This document shows positions 1 through 9,117 of a DNA stretch of 46,360 bases, piece after piece. This stretch comes from Candidatus Kuenenia stuttgartensis (GTDB taxonomy: Bacteria > Planctomycetota > Planctomycetia > Pirellulales > UBA1268). The stretch covers positions 1-46,360 of the forward strand of contig CAMARC010000001.1 in assembly GCA_945860405.1 (NCBI GenBank), written 5' to 3'. The notes beneath the pieces are model-generated. The model made no database searches and was not told the origin of the DNA. It saw only the letters and a program-made list of their open reading frames with translations. The translations under genes and the position numbers were made by a program. Numbering within the stretch: position 1 is the stretch's first letter; every line of letters starts with the position of its first letter.

Positions 1-996
1 ATCAACTGGCTGCTCCTCCTCCCCCGGATCGCCCTCTCGGCGCTGGTTCTCTGGATCCTGGCGATGGCGCCGTACGCGGCGGGCGGGCGGACGATCATCA
101 ATCTCTTCCCGCAGACCGACGTCGACCGGAGCATCCCCAACCTCAACAACCTCGTTGTCTGGCTCGTCGGCTGGTCGATGCTCGCTCCGGCGGTGTGGTA
201 TCTCCCCCGCGTCATCCTCACGACCGTCATGTCGCTCTTCAGCGTGCCATTCTCCTGGCGGCGTGGGACGTTCGCCGCCGAGGTGCCGGAGGTCTACCGG
301 CGGAAGTCGTTCGGGCTCGTCGTCGCCGCAGTGGCCTTCGCGGGGACGTTCATCGCCTGGTTCTTCCCGATTCCAGGCAAGCAGTTCAGTCCGCTGCAAC
401 CGGTCCTCCGCGACAACTTCTGGCTCACAATCCATGTCCTCACGATTGTCTCGAGCTACGCCGCCGGCGCTCTCGCCTGGGGCCTGGGGATCCTGTCGCT
501 GGGCCACTATCTCCTCGGCAGCTATCCGCGCGGAAGCGGGGGAAGATCGCGGCCTCCCGAGGCCTGCGTCGAACTCGCTGGCTACATCTACAAGTCGATG
601 CAGGTGGCGGTGATCCTCCTCGCCGCCGGCACGATCCTCGGCGGCCTGTGGGCCGACGTCTCCTGGGGGAGATTCTGGGGATGGGATCCGAAGGAAGTCT
701 GGGCGCTGGTGTCGCTGCTGGCGTACATCATGATCCTCCACGGCCGCTATGCCGGCTGGATCGGTAACTTCGGCCTCGCTGCCGGCGCCGTCCTCGGCGC
801 GGCGGTGATCGGAATGTCGTGGTATGGCGTCAACTTCCTCCTCGGCGCAGGCCTCCATTCGTATGGCTTTGGCCAGGGGGGCCAGACGGAGTTCTTCGCG
901 TTCCTCGTGGCAAACTTCGTCCTGCTCGCGGCGGCCGGATGGCGGATGAGAAACGAGACCCGGCAACCTGTGGCCGAGACGGTCAAGGCAGCCTGA
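1..996 (+). CDS. ccsA: cytochrome c biogenesis protein CcsA/ResC (System II heme-handling), 5'-partial
   Basis: The frame is open from base 1, with no stop upstream of the ATG at 64, so the gene probably starts outside the window. It has the Trp-rich WWD heme-handling motif WGRFWGWDPKEVWAL, flanking conserved His (LTIHV, ILHGRY) and several hydrophobic helices. Confidence 0.8.
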   Translation: MNWLLLLPRIALSALVLWILAMAPYAAGGRTIINLFPQTDVDRSIPNLNNLVVWLVGWSMLAPAVWYLPRVILTTVMSLFSVPFSWRRGTFAAEVPEVYRRKSFGLVVAAVAFAGTFIAWFFPIPGKQFSPLQPVLRDNFWLTIHVLTIVSSYAAGALAWGLGILSLGHYLLGSYPRGSGGRSRPPEACVELAGYIYKSMQVAVILLAAGTILGGLWADVSWGRFWGWDPKEVWALVSLLAYIMILHGRYAGWIGNFGLAAGAVLGAAVIGMSWYGVNFLLGAGLHSYGFGQGGQTEFFAFLVANFVLLAAAGWRMRNETRQPVAETVKAA

Positions 997-1012
997 TTGC
1001 GAGGAAGAGGCG

Positions 1013-3820
1013 ATGAGCACGGCACAACGGGGTTTGGAACCGCGGATGGGAACGCGCGTCGGCAAGTGGCTGACGGCGGCCGCAGCGCTGCTTTCGCCGC
1101 TCGTGGCCTTCGCGGTGGAGCCCGATCTCGACCCGGCCCGCTTCGAGACGACGACCCTCCTGTCCGGACTCACGCAACCGATGGAACTGGCGATCGCCCC
1201 GGATGGCACCGTCTATTGGATCGAGTTCGGCGGTCGGCTCCGCGCGCTTGAGAGGAATGCCCGCGAGCCGCGGCTCGTCGGTGAGTTGACCGTCACGACA
1301 GCCCAAGAGAACGGCCTCATCGGCCTGGCGCTCGATCCCCACTTCGCCGACAACGGGCATGTGTTTCTCCAGTATTCCCCCCCCGACTTCGAGGGGCAGC
1401 ACGTCAGTCGGTTCACGATCCGTGACGGCCTTCTCGATCTCGCCTCCGAGAGGCTGCTCCTCGAATTCCAGGAGCAACGGAAGGAATGCTGCCACCATGC
1501 CGGATCACTCGCCTTCGGTCCCGATGGCTGCCTGTTCATCGCCACCGGCGACAACACCCATCCCCATGGCGACTCGCAGGGCTTCGCGCCGATCGACGAG
1601 CGCCCGGAGAAGGCCCCCTGGGACGCCCAAAAGTCGTCGGCCAATACCGCGTCGTTGAGCGGCAAAATCCTCCGCATCCGCCCCCGTGCCGACGGCAGCG
1701 TGGAGATCCCCGAGGGAAATCTGTTCCCTCGCGACGGCTCCTCGGGGCGGCCGGAAATCTACTGCATGGGCTGCCGGAATCCATGGAGAATGTCGGTCGA
1801 TTCACAGACCGGCACGGTCTATTGGGGGGAGGTCGGCCCCGACGCCGGCGGCGAGGGCCCGCGTGGCCCGCGCGGCTATGACGAGATCAACCAGGCGAAG
1901 GGACCGGGCAATTTCGGCTGGCCCTACTTCATCGGCGACAACCTCGCCTACGCCGATTACGATTTCGCCACCGGGGCCGTCGGGCCGCTCTTCGATGCGG
2001 CCGCACCGGTCAACGCCTCCCCGAACAATACCGGCTCGAGCGTCCTCCCTCCGGCACGCTCTGCCTTCCTCTGGTATCCCTACGGCGCCTCGGCAGCGTT
2101 CCCGGAACTCGGGGAAGGGGGCCGGACGGCCTGCGCGGGACCGGTCTACCACGAGGCCGACCATGGCGACTCGCCGACGCGCTTCCCCTCCCACTACGAC
2201 AACTGTCTGTTCATCTACGAATGGACGCGGAACTGGATCAAAGTCGTCCGACTGGACGACGAGCAGCGGGTGGCCGGCATCGAGTCGTTCCTCCCCGACC
2301 GGCCGTTCGCGCGGCCAATCGACCTCCAGTTCGCCACCGACGGGGCGCTCTATCTCCTCGAATACGGCGACACGTGGGGAGTGAATGCCAACGCCCGGCT
2401 CGTGCGGATCGACTATGTCCGCGGCAACCGGGCGCCGGTGGCGGTGGCCACCGCGGAAAACAACATCGGCCGTCATCCGCTGACGGTGAAGCTCTCGAGC
2501 GCGGGGACGTTCGACAAGGACGGCGATCGTCTCGACCATCAGTGGCGCATCATCCGCACTCCGGACGGGGAGGCGGCCGCCGCTTCGTCCTTTGGCGAAG
2601 GCGTCCCCGCCGCCGCGACTTTCGAGGTCGCGTCCCGCGAGGCCCATCCCACCCTCTCGTTCACCGAGCCGGGTGTCTATACCGTGGAATTGGTCGTCCG
2701 CGATTCTTCCGGAGCCGAGCGGAGCGCGTCGGTGCCGGTGGTCGTCGGCAACGCCCGTCCCGAGGTCCGCTTCGTGCGCCCTTCCGATGGTGATTTCTTC
2801 GACCCTGAAAAGACGATCGAGTTCCGACTCGTGATCCACGACCACGAGGACGGCACGAACGACACGGCTGCGGCCGATGCCGACGGCCTCGAGGACTTGA
2901 TGTCGGAGGATGTCCCGCGGGCAGCCGTGCAGGCCGGGCATGTCGCCGAGGGGGCTGCGGCCGTGCCCCCCGGGCTCGACCAGATGCGGCGGAGCGACTG
3001 TTTCAATTGCCATGCCGTCGACCAGGCGCGCGTCGGCCCGCCGCTGGTGGAGGTGGCCAACAAGTACCGTGGCAAAGAGGGGGCGCTCGAAGCCTCGGTC
3101 GAGCGCGTTCTCAAGGGCTCAACGGGCGTGTGGGGAAAGATTCCGATGATCCCCCACTCCCACCACACGCCCGACGAGATCCGTGAGATGGTGAGCTGGA
3201 TCTATTCGCTCACCCCCTCGGCACTGACGCGCGTGTTCACCGGCTTTGTCGGGAGCATTCCGGTGACGCCGGAAGAGGCCACCAAGGGGGGCCGCTACCG
3301 GCTCGAGGCAACTTACCTCGACCGCGGCGTTGGCGCGATCCCGGCGCTTGCCGGCACGGCCACGGTGTTTCTCCGGCCGAGGCTCAGCGAGGCCGAGACC
3401 GCCGATGAGATCCACGGTCCCCAGGTGCTCGCCTCCGGCAATGCCGGCGGGGGAAAATTTCTCGGTGCGGTCGATCACGGCCATTGGCTCCTGTTTCGCG
3501 ACGTCCCCCTCGATGCGGTCGGGGGAGCGACGCTGAAGATGGCGTCGGCCGGAGCTGGCGGGGCCGTCGAGCTGCGCCTCGACGCCGGCGACGGGCCGCT
3601 CCTGGCGACGGTGCCGGTCGAGGTCAATGGCCAGTGGGAGGCGTTCTACGAGCGGTCGGCAACCTGGACGCCGGTCGCTGGCCGCCACGATGTCTATATC
3701 CGCTTCCTCCATCCACAACAGGCCGGCGGGATGATGAATCTCGACAGCCTCCACTGGGATGCGACTGGGGATGCGATTGGGGATGCGCTTGATCCGGGCG
3801 GGGATGCCCCGCCGCGGTAA
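1013..3820 (+). CDS. secreted multidomain PQQ-type (glucose/sorbosone) sugar dehydrogenase + PKD + c-type cytochrome + CBM6-like domain protein
   Basis: N-terminal signal-like segment KWLTAAAALLSPLVAFA. SGDH beta-propeller motifs GLIGLALDPHF, HHAGSLAFGPDGCLFIATGD, GKILRIRP and GCRNPWRMSVD. PKD-like HPLTVKLSSAGTFDKDGDRLDHQWRI. Heme-binding CFNCH at nt 2999-3013. C-terminal CBM6/35-like GxHDVYIRF...NLDSLHW. Confidence 0.75.
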   Translation: MSTAQRGLEPRMGTRVGKWLTAAAALLSPLVAFAVEPDLDPARFETTTLLSGLTQPMELAIAPDGTVYWIEFGGRLRALERNAREPRLVGELTVTTAQENGLIGLALDPHFADNGHVFLQYSPPDFEGQHVSRFTIRDGLLDLASERLLLEFQEQRKECCHHAGSLAFGPDGCLFIATGDNTHPHGDSQGFAPIDERPEKAPWDAQKSSANTASLSGKILRIRPRADGSVEIPEGNLFPRDGSSGRPEIYCMGCRNPWRMSVDSQTGTVYWGEVGPDAGGEGPRGPRGYDEINQAKGPGNFGWPYFIGDNLAYADYDFATGAVGPLFDAAAPVNASPNNTGSSVLPPARSAFLWYPYGASAAFPELGEGGRTACAGPVYHEADHGDSPTRFPSHYDNCLFIYEWTRNWIKVVRLDDEQRVAGIESFLPDRPFARPIDLQFATDGALYLLEYGDTWGVNANARLVRIDYVRGNRAPVAVATAENNIGRHPLTVKLSSAGTFDKDGDRLDHQWRIIRTPDGEAAAASSFGEGVPAAATFEVASREAHPTLSFTEPGVYTVELVVRDSSGAERSASVPVVVGNARPEVRFVRPSDGDFFDPEKTIEFRLVIHDHEDGTNDTAAADADGLEDLMSEDVPRAAVQAGHVAEGAAAVPPGLDQMRRSDCFNCHAVDQARVGPPLVEVANKYRGKEGALEASVERVLKGSTGVWGKIPMIPHSHHTPDEIREMVSWIYSLTPSALTRVFTGFVGSIPVTPEEATKGGRYRLEATYLDRGVGAIPALAGTATVFLRPRLSEAETADEIHGPQVLASGNAGGGKFLGAVDHGHWLLFRDVPLDAVGGATLKMASAGAGGAVELRLDAGDGPLLATVPVEVNGQWEAFYERSATWTPVAGRHDVYIRFLHPQQAGGMMNLDSLHWDATGDAIGDALDPGGDAPPR

Positions 3821-3843
3821 TTTCGCCGCGGTAGTTCCCCCGA

Positions 3844-6498
3844 TCAGGGCGCTGCCGGCCCGGACGACGCAGTCGTGGTTGTGGTGGTCGGCGGCGTGAC
3901 GGCTGGCGCTGCCGCGATCGATCGCCACCGTCCCTCGTGGAATTGGCTTCCCTCGGAGCCTGCCGCCGTGAGACGGATCCGCACCGCCCCGTCGGTGCGC
4001 ACGACCCGTGCCGGACGGTCGGCGCCCGCCGCCGTTGCATAGGCCCGGCGCACCTCCTCGAAGCGCGGCCCCGCCGCGCCACTCACGATCACCCACTCGG
4101 GCGCCGTCGCCCGCGCCAAACGCGGGGGCAAGCTCGACGGGCTGCCATGATGGGGGGCGACGAGGAGGTCGCAGGGGCCGGGATCGCCAGCCACGAACCG
4201 GTCGAGTGCGGGCCCTTCGAGGTCACCGGTGAGGAGGGCCCTCCGGCCTGCCGACTCAACCGCCACGACGAGGCTCGTCTCGTTGTCGGGGGAGGGGGGC
4301 ATCGGCCCATCCGCCGCGCGTGGGTGGAGCACGCGGACGCGACAGAGCGGATCGAAGGGAATCTCGTCTCCGGCCGCGACGGCCCGGAGGGGGATTCCCG
4401 CGGCGGCGATCCTCGCCAGAATCTCGGCGACGGCGGGGGCCGGGCTCGCCAGGAAGGCCTCGGGGACAACGATACGGCCGATCTCGAAGCGTTCGAGGAT
4501 ATCGGGAACTCCGTTGAAATGATCGGTGTCGGCATGGGAGATGACGAGCGTGTCGATACGACCGATCCCCTCGCTCCAGAGCAACGCCGAAAGCCCGCGC
4601 CCGGCCGCCACACCGGCGCCGAGCCTTCCGGCGTCGTACACCAAGCAGCGTCCGGCGGGACCGCGGACGACCAGACCGCATCCATGCCCCATCGACGCGG
4701 CGATCACCTCGAGGCTCGCGGCCGGTTCGACCGGGAGCGAGCCGACGAGAAGGCCGACGGCAGCCCACATCCCGGCCGCACACGCCCATGTCCAGGGGCG
4801 AACCAGACGCGCGGTGGCGACGGCGAGCAGGATCGCCACGATTCCGACATACCACCCCGTCGTCCACCAGGCCGGCGGTCCGGCCACCCAATGAAAGGCT
4901 CCGGGGAGCTGCGCGGTGGCATCGACGGCCAGCTCGATCCCTGCCAGAGCCCCGTCGCACACCGCCCCGCCGACAGCCGCGATTGGCCAACAGACCGGGG
5001 CGGCGAGGAGGCAGAGAAATCCCCCCACCATCGCCAGCCCGACCAACGGCGCGATGAGGGGATTGAGGACCAGCCCGGCCGGGCTGAAGACATGGAAGTG
5101 GGCAGCCACCAACGGCGCCGTCGCCAGCCAAACAGCGGCACCGACAAGGAGCGCATCGGCGGCGTCGCGGCCGCGCCGCCGGATCGCTCGATGCACCGGC
5201 GAGCGTGAGCGGTCGATGAGCCTGGCGATCGGGTCGTCGCCGCGACGCCCGGCCGCGATCGCCGTCGCCGCTCCGATGAGGACGGCCGTGGAGAGAAAGG
5301 AGAGCTGGCTGCCGATGCGGAGGATCTCCGGCGGGTGCCAGGCGAGGACGACGATCCCGACCACCGCCAAGGCGTTGAGGCCAGCGGCGCGGCGACCGCA
5401 GGCGGCGCCGAGGCAGGCCAGCCACACCAGGAGCGTCGAGCGGAGAACCGGGGTCTCGCCGCCGACGAGGATCATGTAGAGCCCCGTCGCCACCGCCACC
5501 AGGCCGAGCGTGGCGCCGCGGGGCAGCCGGAGGAGCCTGGCGATTGCGAACAGGCCGGCGGCCAGGAGGGCGACATGGAGGCCCGAAATCGAGAGGATGT
5601 GGACGGTGCCGGTGACCATGAACGACTCGGTCAATTCCGGCTGGAGCGCCTCGCGCGTGCCGAGGAGGAGGGCGGATGCCAGCGCCCCGCGGTCTGCCGA
5701 CACATGCTGCCGCAGCGCGGAAGCCCCCCGATCGCGGATCGCTTCGAGGGCCGCCGCGAGCGTCGGCCAACCTGGCGGGGAAAGCCGCTCAATCGCCTCC
5801 GGCCCCTCGACCCGGATCACCGACAGGCAACGCTCCTGCCGGGCACGGGCACGTTGATCGAACTCGCCAGGATTGCCCGGTCGCCCCGGCCGCACGCCCC
5901 GGCCCCACACGCGGTAGCGCTCCCCGGCAGCGATCCGCGGTGGCGGGCCATCGACGACAAGCACCACACGCCCCGATGACGGGCGCCAGGTCTCACCATT
6001 ACGGACCGCCGTCACCGCCAGGAGGCAGTCGCTCGACGGCGGGCGACCCGCTCCGCGGAGAGGATCGGTCGATCGGGGAAGGGGGCGCGGCGCTGTGACG
6101 AGCGTTCCCTCCACGACCACAGGCAGCGGCCGATCGCCAAGGCTCCAGGCGAGGTCATCGGCCGGAAACAATCGCCATCGGGCCGTGGTCCATCCTGCCC
6201 CGGAGGCCGCGATCGCCACGGCGAGCCACGCGGCAGCAAGCCCTCCGTCTCGACCGGCCGCACGGCTCCAGGCCCACAGCGCCGTCAGGGCAGCGATCCA
6301 GCAGGCGACGGCCGACAGGGGCACGAGAAGCGCCGTGCCGATGCCGGAGAGAAGGATGGCGGCCACCACCACCAGCGGACGGACGGGGAGGGGATCCCGT
6401 CGCCACACCCCACCGTCTCCGAGCGCCGATCGAGCGCCGTCGACGGCACGCCACAGCCATCCGCCGATGCCGCTCCACCACCCTTGCAACGCCTGCAT
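3844..6498 (-). CDS. comEC: DNA internalization-related competence protein ComEC/Rec2
   Basis: Many TM helices (competence domain) plus a C-terminal metallo-beta-lactamase domain (VISHADTDHFNG, LVAPHHGS). The track ORF runs up to 7413, but that N-terminal extension is low-complexity and overlaps prmC in another frame. I take the ATG at 6498 (MQALQGWW...) as the start; the exact start is uncertain. Confidence 0.8.
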   Translation of the reverse strand: MQALQGWWSGIGGWLWRAVDGARSALGDGGVWRRDPLPVRPLVVVAAILLSGIGTALLVPLSAVACWIAALTALWAWSRAAGRDGGLAAAWLAVAIAASGAGWTTARWRLFPADDLAWSLGDRPLPVVVEGTLVTAPRPLPRSTDPLRGAGRPPSSDCLLAVTAVRNGETWRPSSGRVVLVVDGPPPRIAAGERYRVWGRGVRPGRPGNPGEFDQRARARQERCLSVIRVEGPEAIERLSPPGWPTLAAALEAIRDRGASALRQHVSADRGALASALLLGTREALQPELTESFMVTGTVHILSISGLHVALLAAGLFAIARLLRLPRGATLGLVAVATGLYMILVGGETPVLRSTLLVWLACLGAACGRRAAGLNALAVVGIVVLAWHPPEILRIGSQLSFLSTAVLIGAATAIAAGRRGDDPIARLIDRSRSPVHRAIRRRGRDAADALLVGAAVWLATAPLVAAHFHVFSPAGLVLNPLIAPLVGLAMVGGFLCLLAAPVCWPIAAVGGAVCDGALAGIELAVDATAQLPGAFHWVAGPPAWWTTGWYVGIVAILLAVATARLVRPWTWACAAGMWAAVGLLVGSLPVEPAASLEVIAASMGHGCGLVVRGPAGRCLVYDAGRLGAGVAAGRGLSALLWSEGIGRIDTLVISHADTDHFNGVPDILERFEIGRIVVPEAFLASPAPAVAEILARIAAAGIPLRAVAAGDEIPFDPLCRVRVLHPRAADGPMPPSPDNETSLVVAVESAGRRALLTGDLEGPALDRFVAGDPGPCDLLVAPHHGSPSSLPPRLARATAPEWVIVSGAAGPRFEEVRRAYATAAGADRPARVVRTDGAVRIRLTAAGSEGSQFHEGRWRSIAAAPAVTPPTTTTTTASSGPAAP

Positions 6499-6634
6499 CC
6501 CCTCGACTCCCGGTGAGCCGCCGACTGAAATGTCCCTTCTGCCGCCAGTGCGAAAGGGCGATCCTCTGGACAAATGTCCTACCGTCGCGGAGAGGGGGAT
6601 GCAACGCTCCGGCGTGCCACCGCGAAGGAGCGGC

Positions 6635-7501
6635 TCAAAGCTTGCGGGCCTGGACGATCCGGGGCAGGCCAGCCATGTCGGCGAGCGTCGGGCCGGGAAC
6701 GAGCCCGGGCCGACCGGCGATGATCCCCTCGGCCGCAGCCACCGTCGTGGGACCGATCTCCACCAACAGCCATCCCCCCTTTGCCAGCCGGCTCTCGGCC
6801 GCCTCGACGAGCCGCTCGACGACCTCGACACCCGTCGGGCCCGCCACGAGGGCGCTCTTCGGTTCATGGTCGCGGACATCGCGGGGGAGCCCGGCGAACT
6901 CGTCGGCGCGGACGTAGGGGGGATTGCTGACGATGCAGTCGAAGGGCCCGGCCGCCGAGGGGGAATCCAACAGGTCGCAGCCGACCAGTTCGATCCGACT
7001 GTCAACCGCGTGACGGGTGACGTTGACCTGCGCCACCGCGAGGGCGTCGGCGGAGATGTCGGTGGCGACGAGGTGTGCCTTGGGGAGGTGCTTGGCCAGC
7101 GCCACCGCGATGGCGCCGGAACCGGTGCCGACATCGGCGATCCGCGGTGACTCGAGGGGGCGGCACAGATCGATGGCGCGAACGACGAGCCCCTCCGTCT
7201 CCGGGCGGGGGATGAGGACCGCAGGGGAGACGGCCAGGGCCAGCGAGAAAAACTCCCTGCTGCCGACGAGATACGCGACCGGCTCGCCTTCGCCGCGCCG
7301 CTTGACGAGGCCGCGGAAGCGCGTCCGCCCGGCCTCGTCGACCACGTCGTCGAAGGCCGTGTAGAGGGCGATCCGCGGACAGCCGCGAACATGGGCCAGA
7401 AGGACCTCGGCATCGAGCCGGGGGGAGTCGCTCCCCTTGCCGGCGAGCCAGTCAGTCGTCCAGGTGAGCAGGCGCCCCACCGTCCACACGTCCTCGGTCA
7501 T
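6635..7501 (-). CDS. prmC: peptide chain release factor N5-glutamine methyltransferase
   Basis: SAM-binding DVGTGSGAIAV and catalytic NPPY (VSNPPYV). It lies directly downstream of prfA, the classic prfA-prmC arrangement. The ATG at 7501 is chosen because the longer track ORF would overlap the prfA 3' end. Confidence 0.85.
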   Translation of the reverse strand: MTEDVWTVGRLLTWTTDWLAGKGSDSPRLDAEVLLAHVRGCPRIALYTAFDDVVDEAGRTRFRGLVKRRGEGEPVAYLVGSREFFSLALAVSPAVLIPRPETEGLVVRAIDLCRPLESPRIADVGTGSGAIAVALAKHLPKAHLVATDISADALAVAQVNVTRHAVDSRIELVGCDLLDSPSAAGPFDCIVSNPPYVRADEFAGLPRDVRDHEPKSALVAGPTGVEVVERLVEAAESRLAKGGWLLVEIGPTTVAAAEGIIAGRPGLVPGPTLADMAGLPRIVQARKL

Positions 7502-7535
7502 CAAGGATGCTCCGCTTCGTTCGGGGGGGCGACGG

Positions 7536-8621
7536 TCAGGATGTCGCCGGCTTCGAGGATCGTTCCATGTCGGCCCGGCGCTGCTGCCGAGCATGCTCCT
7601 CGATCGCCTGAATCACCAGTCCGAGTCGGCCAGCCATCACCTGATCGAGCGTGAAGCTCTCGTTGATGCGGTGATCGGTCAGCCGGTTCTGCGGAAAATT
7701 GTAGGTCCGGATCCGCTGGCTCCGGTCGCCCGAGCCGACGAGCGTCCGCCGTTCGCTGGCCCGCTTCTCGTGCTCGATGCTGCGGCGGAGCTCGTAGAGC
7801 CGCGCCTTGAGGACGCGCAGCGCCTTGGCGAGATTCTTGTGCTGGCTCTTCTCGTCCTGGCACTGAACCACCAGGCCGCTCTCGAGATGGGTGAGACGGA
7901 CGGCCGAGGCGGTCTTGTTGACGTGCTGGCCACCCGGCCCACTGGCGCAGAACAGATCCTTGCGGTATTCGTCGGGGGCAATCGTCACCTCGACATCCTC
8001 AGGCTCCGGAAGCACCGCCACCGTCGCCGCCGAGGTGTGGATCCGTCCCTTCGTCTCGGTGTCGGGGACGCGCTGCACCCGATGGCCACCGCTCTCCCAC
8101 TGGAGAAGTCGGTAGATCGCATCCCCGGAGAGGCCGAGGACGAGCTCTTTGAATCCCCCGAGCTCGGTCGGACTGGCATCGAGGACCTCGACCTTCCACC
8201 CCTGCTCGGTGGCATGACGCCGATACATCTCGTAGAGATCGCGCACGAAGAGGGCGGCTTCGTCCCCCCCCGTACCGGCCCGGAGTTCCATGACACACCG
8301 GCCGCGATCGGCATCGCCGTCATCGGAACAGAGGTCGAGGAGATCGTCCCACTCCTGCTCCCGACGGGCCCGGAGATCGGGGAGCTCCGCCTCGGCGAGG
8401 CTCTTGAACTCCGGATCGTCTCCGTGGCTGAAGGCGTCGAGCTCGGCAATCTGCCGCTCGAGATCGACAAAGCCCCGGTACCGCAGTGCCAGGCGGGCAA
8501 GCGAGCCATGCTCCCGCGCGACCGCCGCGAGCCGTTGTGGCTGGGCGACTACGTCAGGGTCGATCAACTCCCGTTCGAGTTCTTCGAACCGGGCGAGCTT
8601 CGCTTCGAGCTGGTCGCGCAT
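7536..8621 (-). CDS. prfA: peptide chain release factor 1
   Basis: GGQ motif ([11 protein letters not shown]) and an RF1-type tripeptide region [17 protein letters not shown]. The length (361 aa) and an ATG start fit RF1. Confidence 0.95.
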   Translation of the reverse strand: MRDQLEAKLARFEELERELIDPDVVAQPQRLAAVAREHGSLARLALRYRGFVDLERQIAELDAFSHGDDPEFKSLAEAELPDLRARREQEWDDLLDLCSDDGDADRGRCVMELRAGTGGDEAALFVRDLYEMYRRHATEQGWKVEVLDASPTELGGFKELVLGLSGDAIYRLLQWESGGHRVQRVPDTETKGRIHTSAATVAVLPEPEDVEVTIAPDEYRKDLFCASGPGGQHVNKTASAVRLTHLESGLVVQCQDEKSQHKNLAKALRVLKARLYELRRSIEHEKRASERRTLVGSGDRSQRIRTYNFPQNRLTDHRINESFTLDQVMAGRLGLVIQAIEEHARQQRRADMERSSKPATS

Positions 8622-8729
8622 CGTCCGGTGGAGCCTCGATCCGTCGCCAGGGCGCTTGCGCGCGGGATAGCCAGTGCCCCATCGAGGCCGTCAAGCCCCG
8701 TGCTGAGACGACCCTGAGCAGGCAACCGC

Positions 8730-8996
8730 TCAGGACGTCGGTTCTGCGGCAGCAGGAGCCGAGGCGGCCTTCTTCCCCTTCTTGAGGCTCGCGTAGCCGG
8801 CACCAGCGAACTTCGTCTTGAACTTCTCGATCCGGCCGGCCGTATCGACAAACTTCAGCTTCCCCGTGAAGAACGGATGGCAGACGTTGCAAATGTCGAC
8901 CTTCAACTCCGGCATGGTGCTCCGGGTCTGGAAGGTATTGCCGCAGCCACAACGGACAACGGTTTCGATGTAACGGGGGTGGATGTTGTCTTTCAT
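8730..8996 (-). CDS. rpmE: 50S ribosomal protein L31 (zinc-ribbon type A)
   Basis: [22 protein letters not shown]...[11 protein letters not shown] with the CxC...CxxC zinc ligands. The internal ATG at 8996 is taken, because the track ORF's upstream 94 aa are junk-like. Confidence 0.9.
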   Translation of the reverse strand: MKDNIHPRYIETVVRCGCGNTFQTRSTMPELKVDICNVCHPFFTGKLKFVDTAGRIEKFKTKFAGAGYASLKKGKKAASAPAAAEPTS

Positions 8997-9117
8997 GGCA
9001 TGACTCGGGGCGGGACCCGGACGGGACCGGGCTCGGAAGCGGAGGACGTCAGATAGAAGCCTTCCAATGTAGCTGCTCCCGCCCTGGTCCGCAACGCATC
9101 CTCCCCCAGGCCACGAT

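Noticed and set aside
3810-3833. Direct repeat CGCCGCGGTA x2 (14-nt period), able to form a 6-bp CCGCGG hairpin over the stop codon of the dehydrogenase gene, as a terminator
   Set aside because: The stem is only 6-7 bp with no U-tract on either strand. This is too weak to call.
6499-7413. N-terminal 305 aa of the 1189-aa track ORF (3844..7413, minus strand), which would extend ComEC
   Set aside because: The extension is Ser/Pro/Arg-rich low-complexity sequence. It lies entirely over prmC (NPPY, SAM motif) in another frame. ComEC-like sequence only begins after the ATG at 6498.
7437-8717. 426-aa plus-strand ORF antisense to prfA
   Set aside because: prfA on the minus strand has unambiguous RF1 motifs (GGQ). 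The antisense product has no motifs and is a typical GC-rich shadow ORF.
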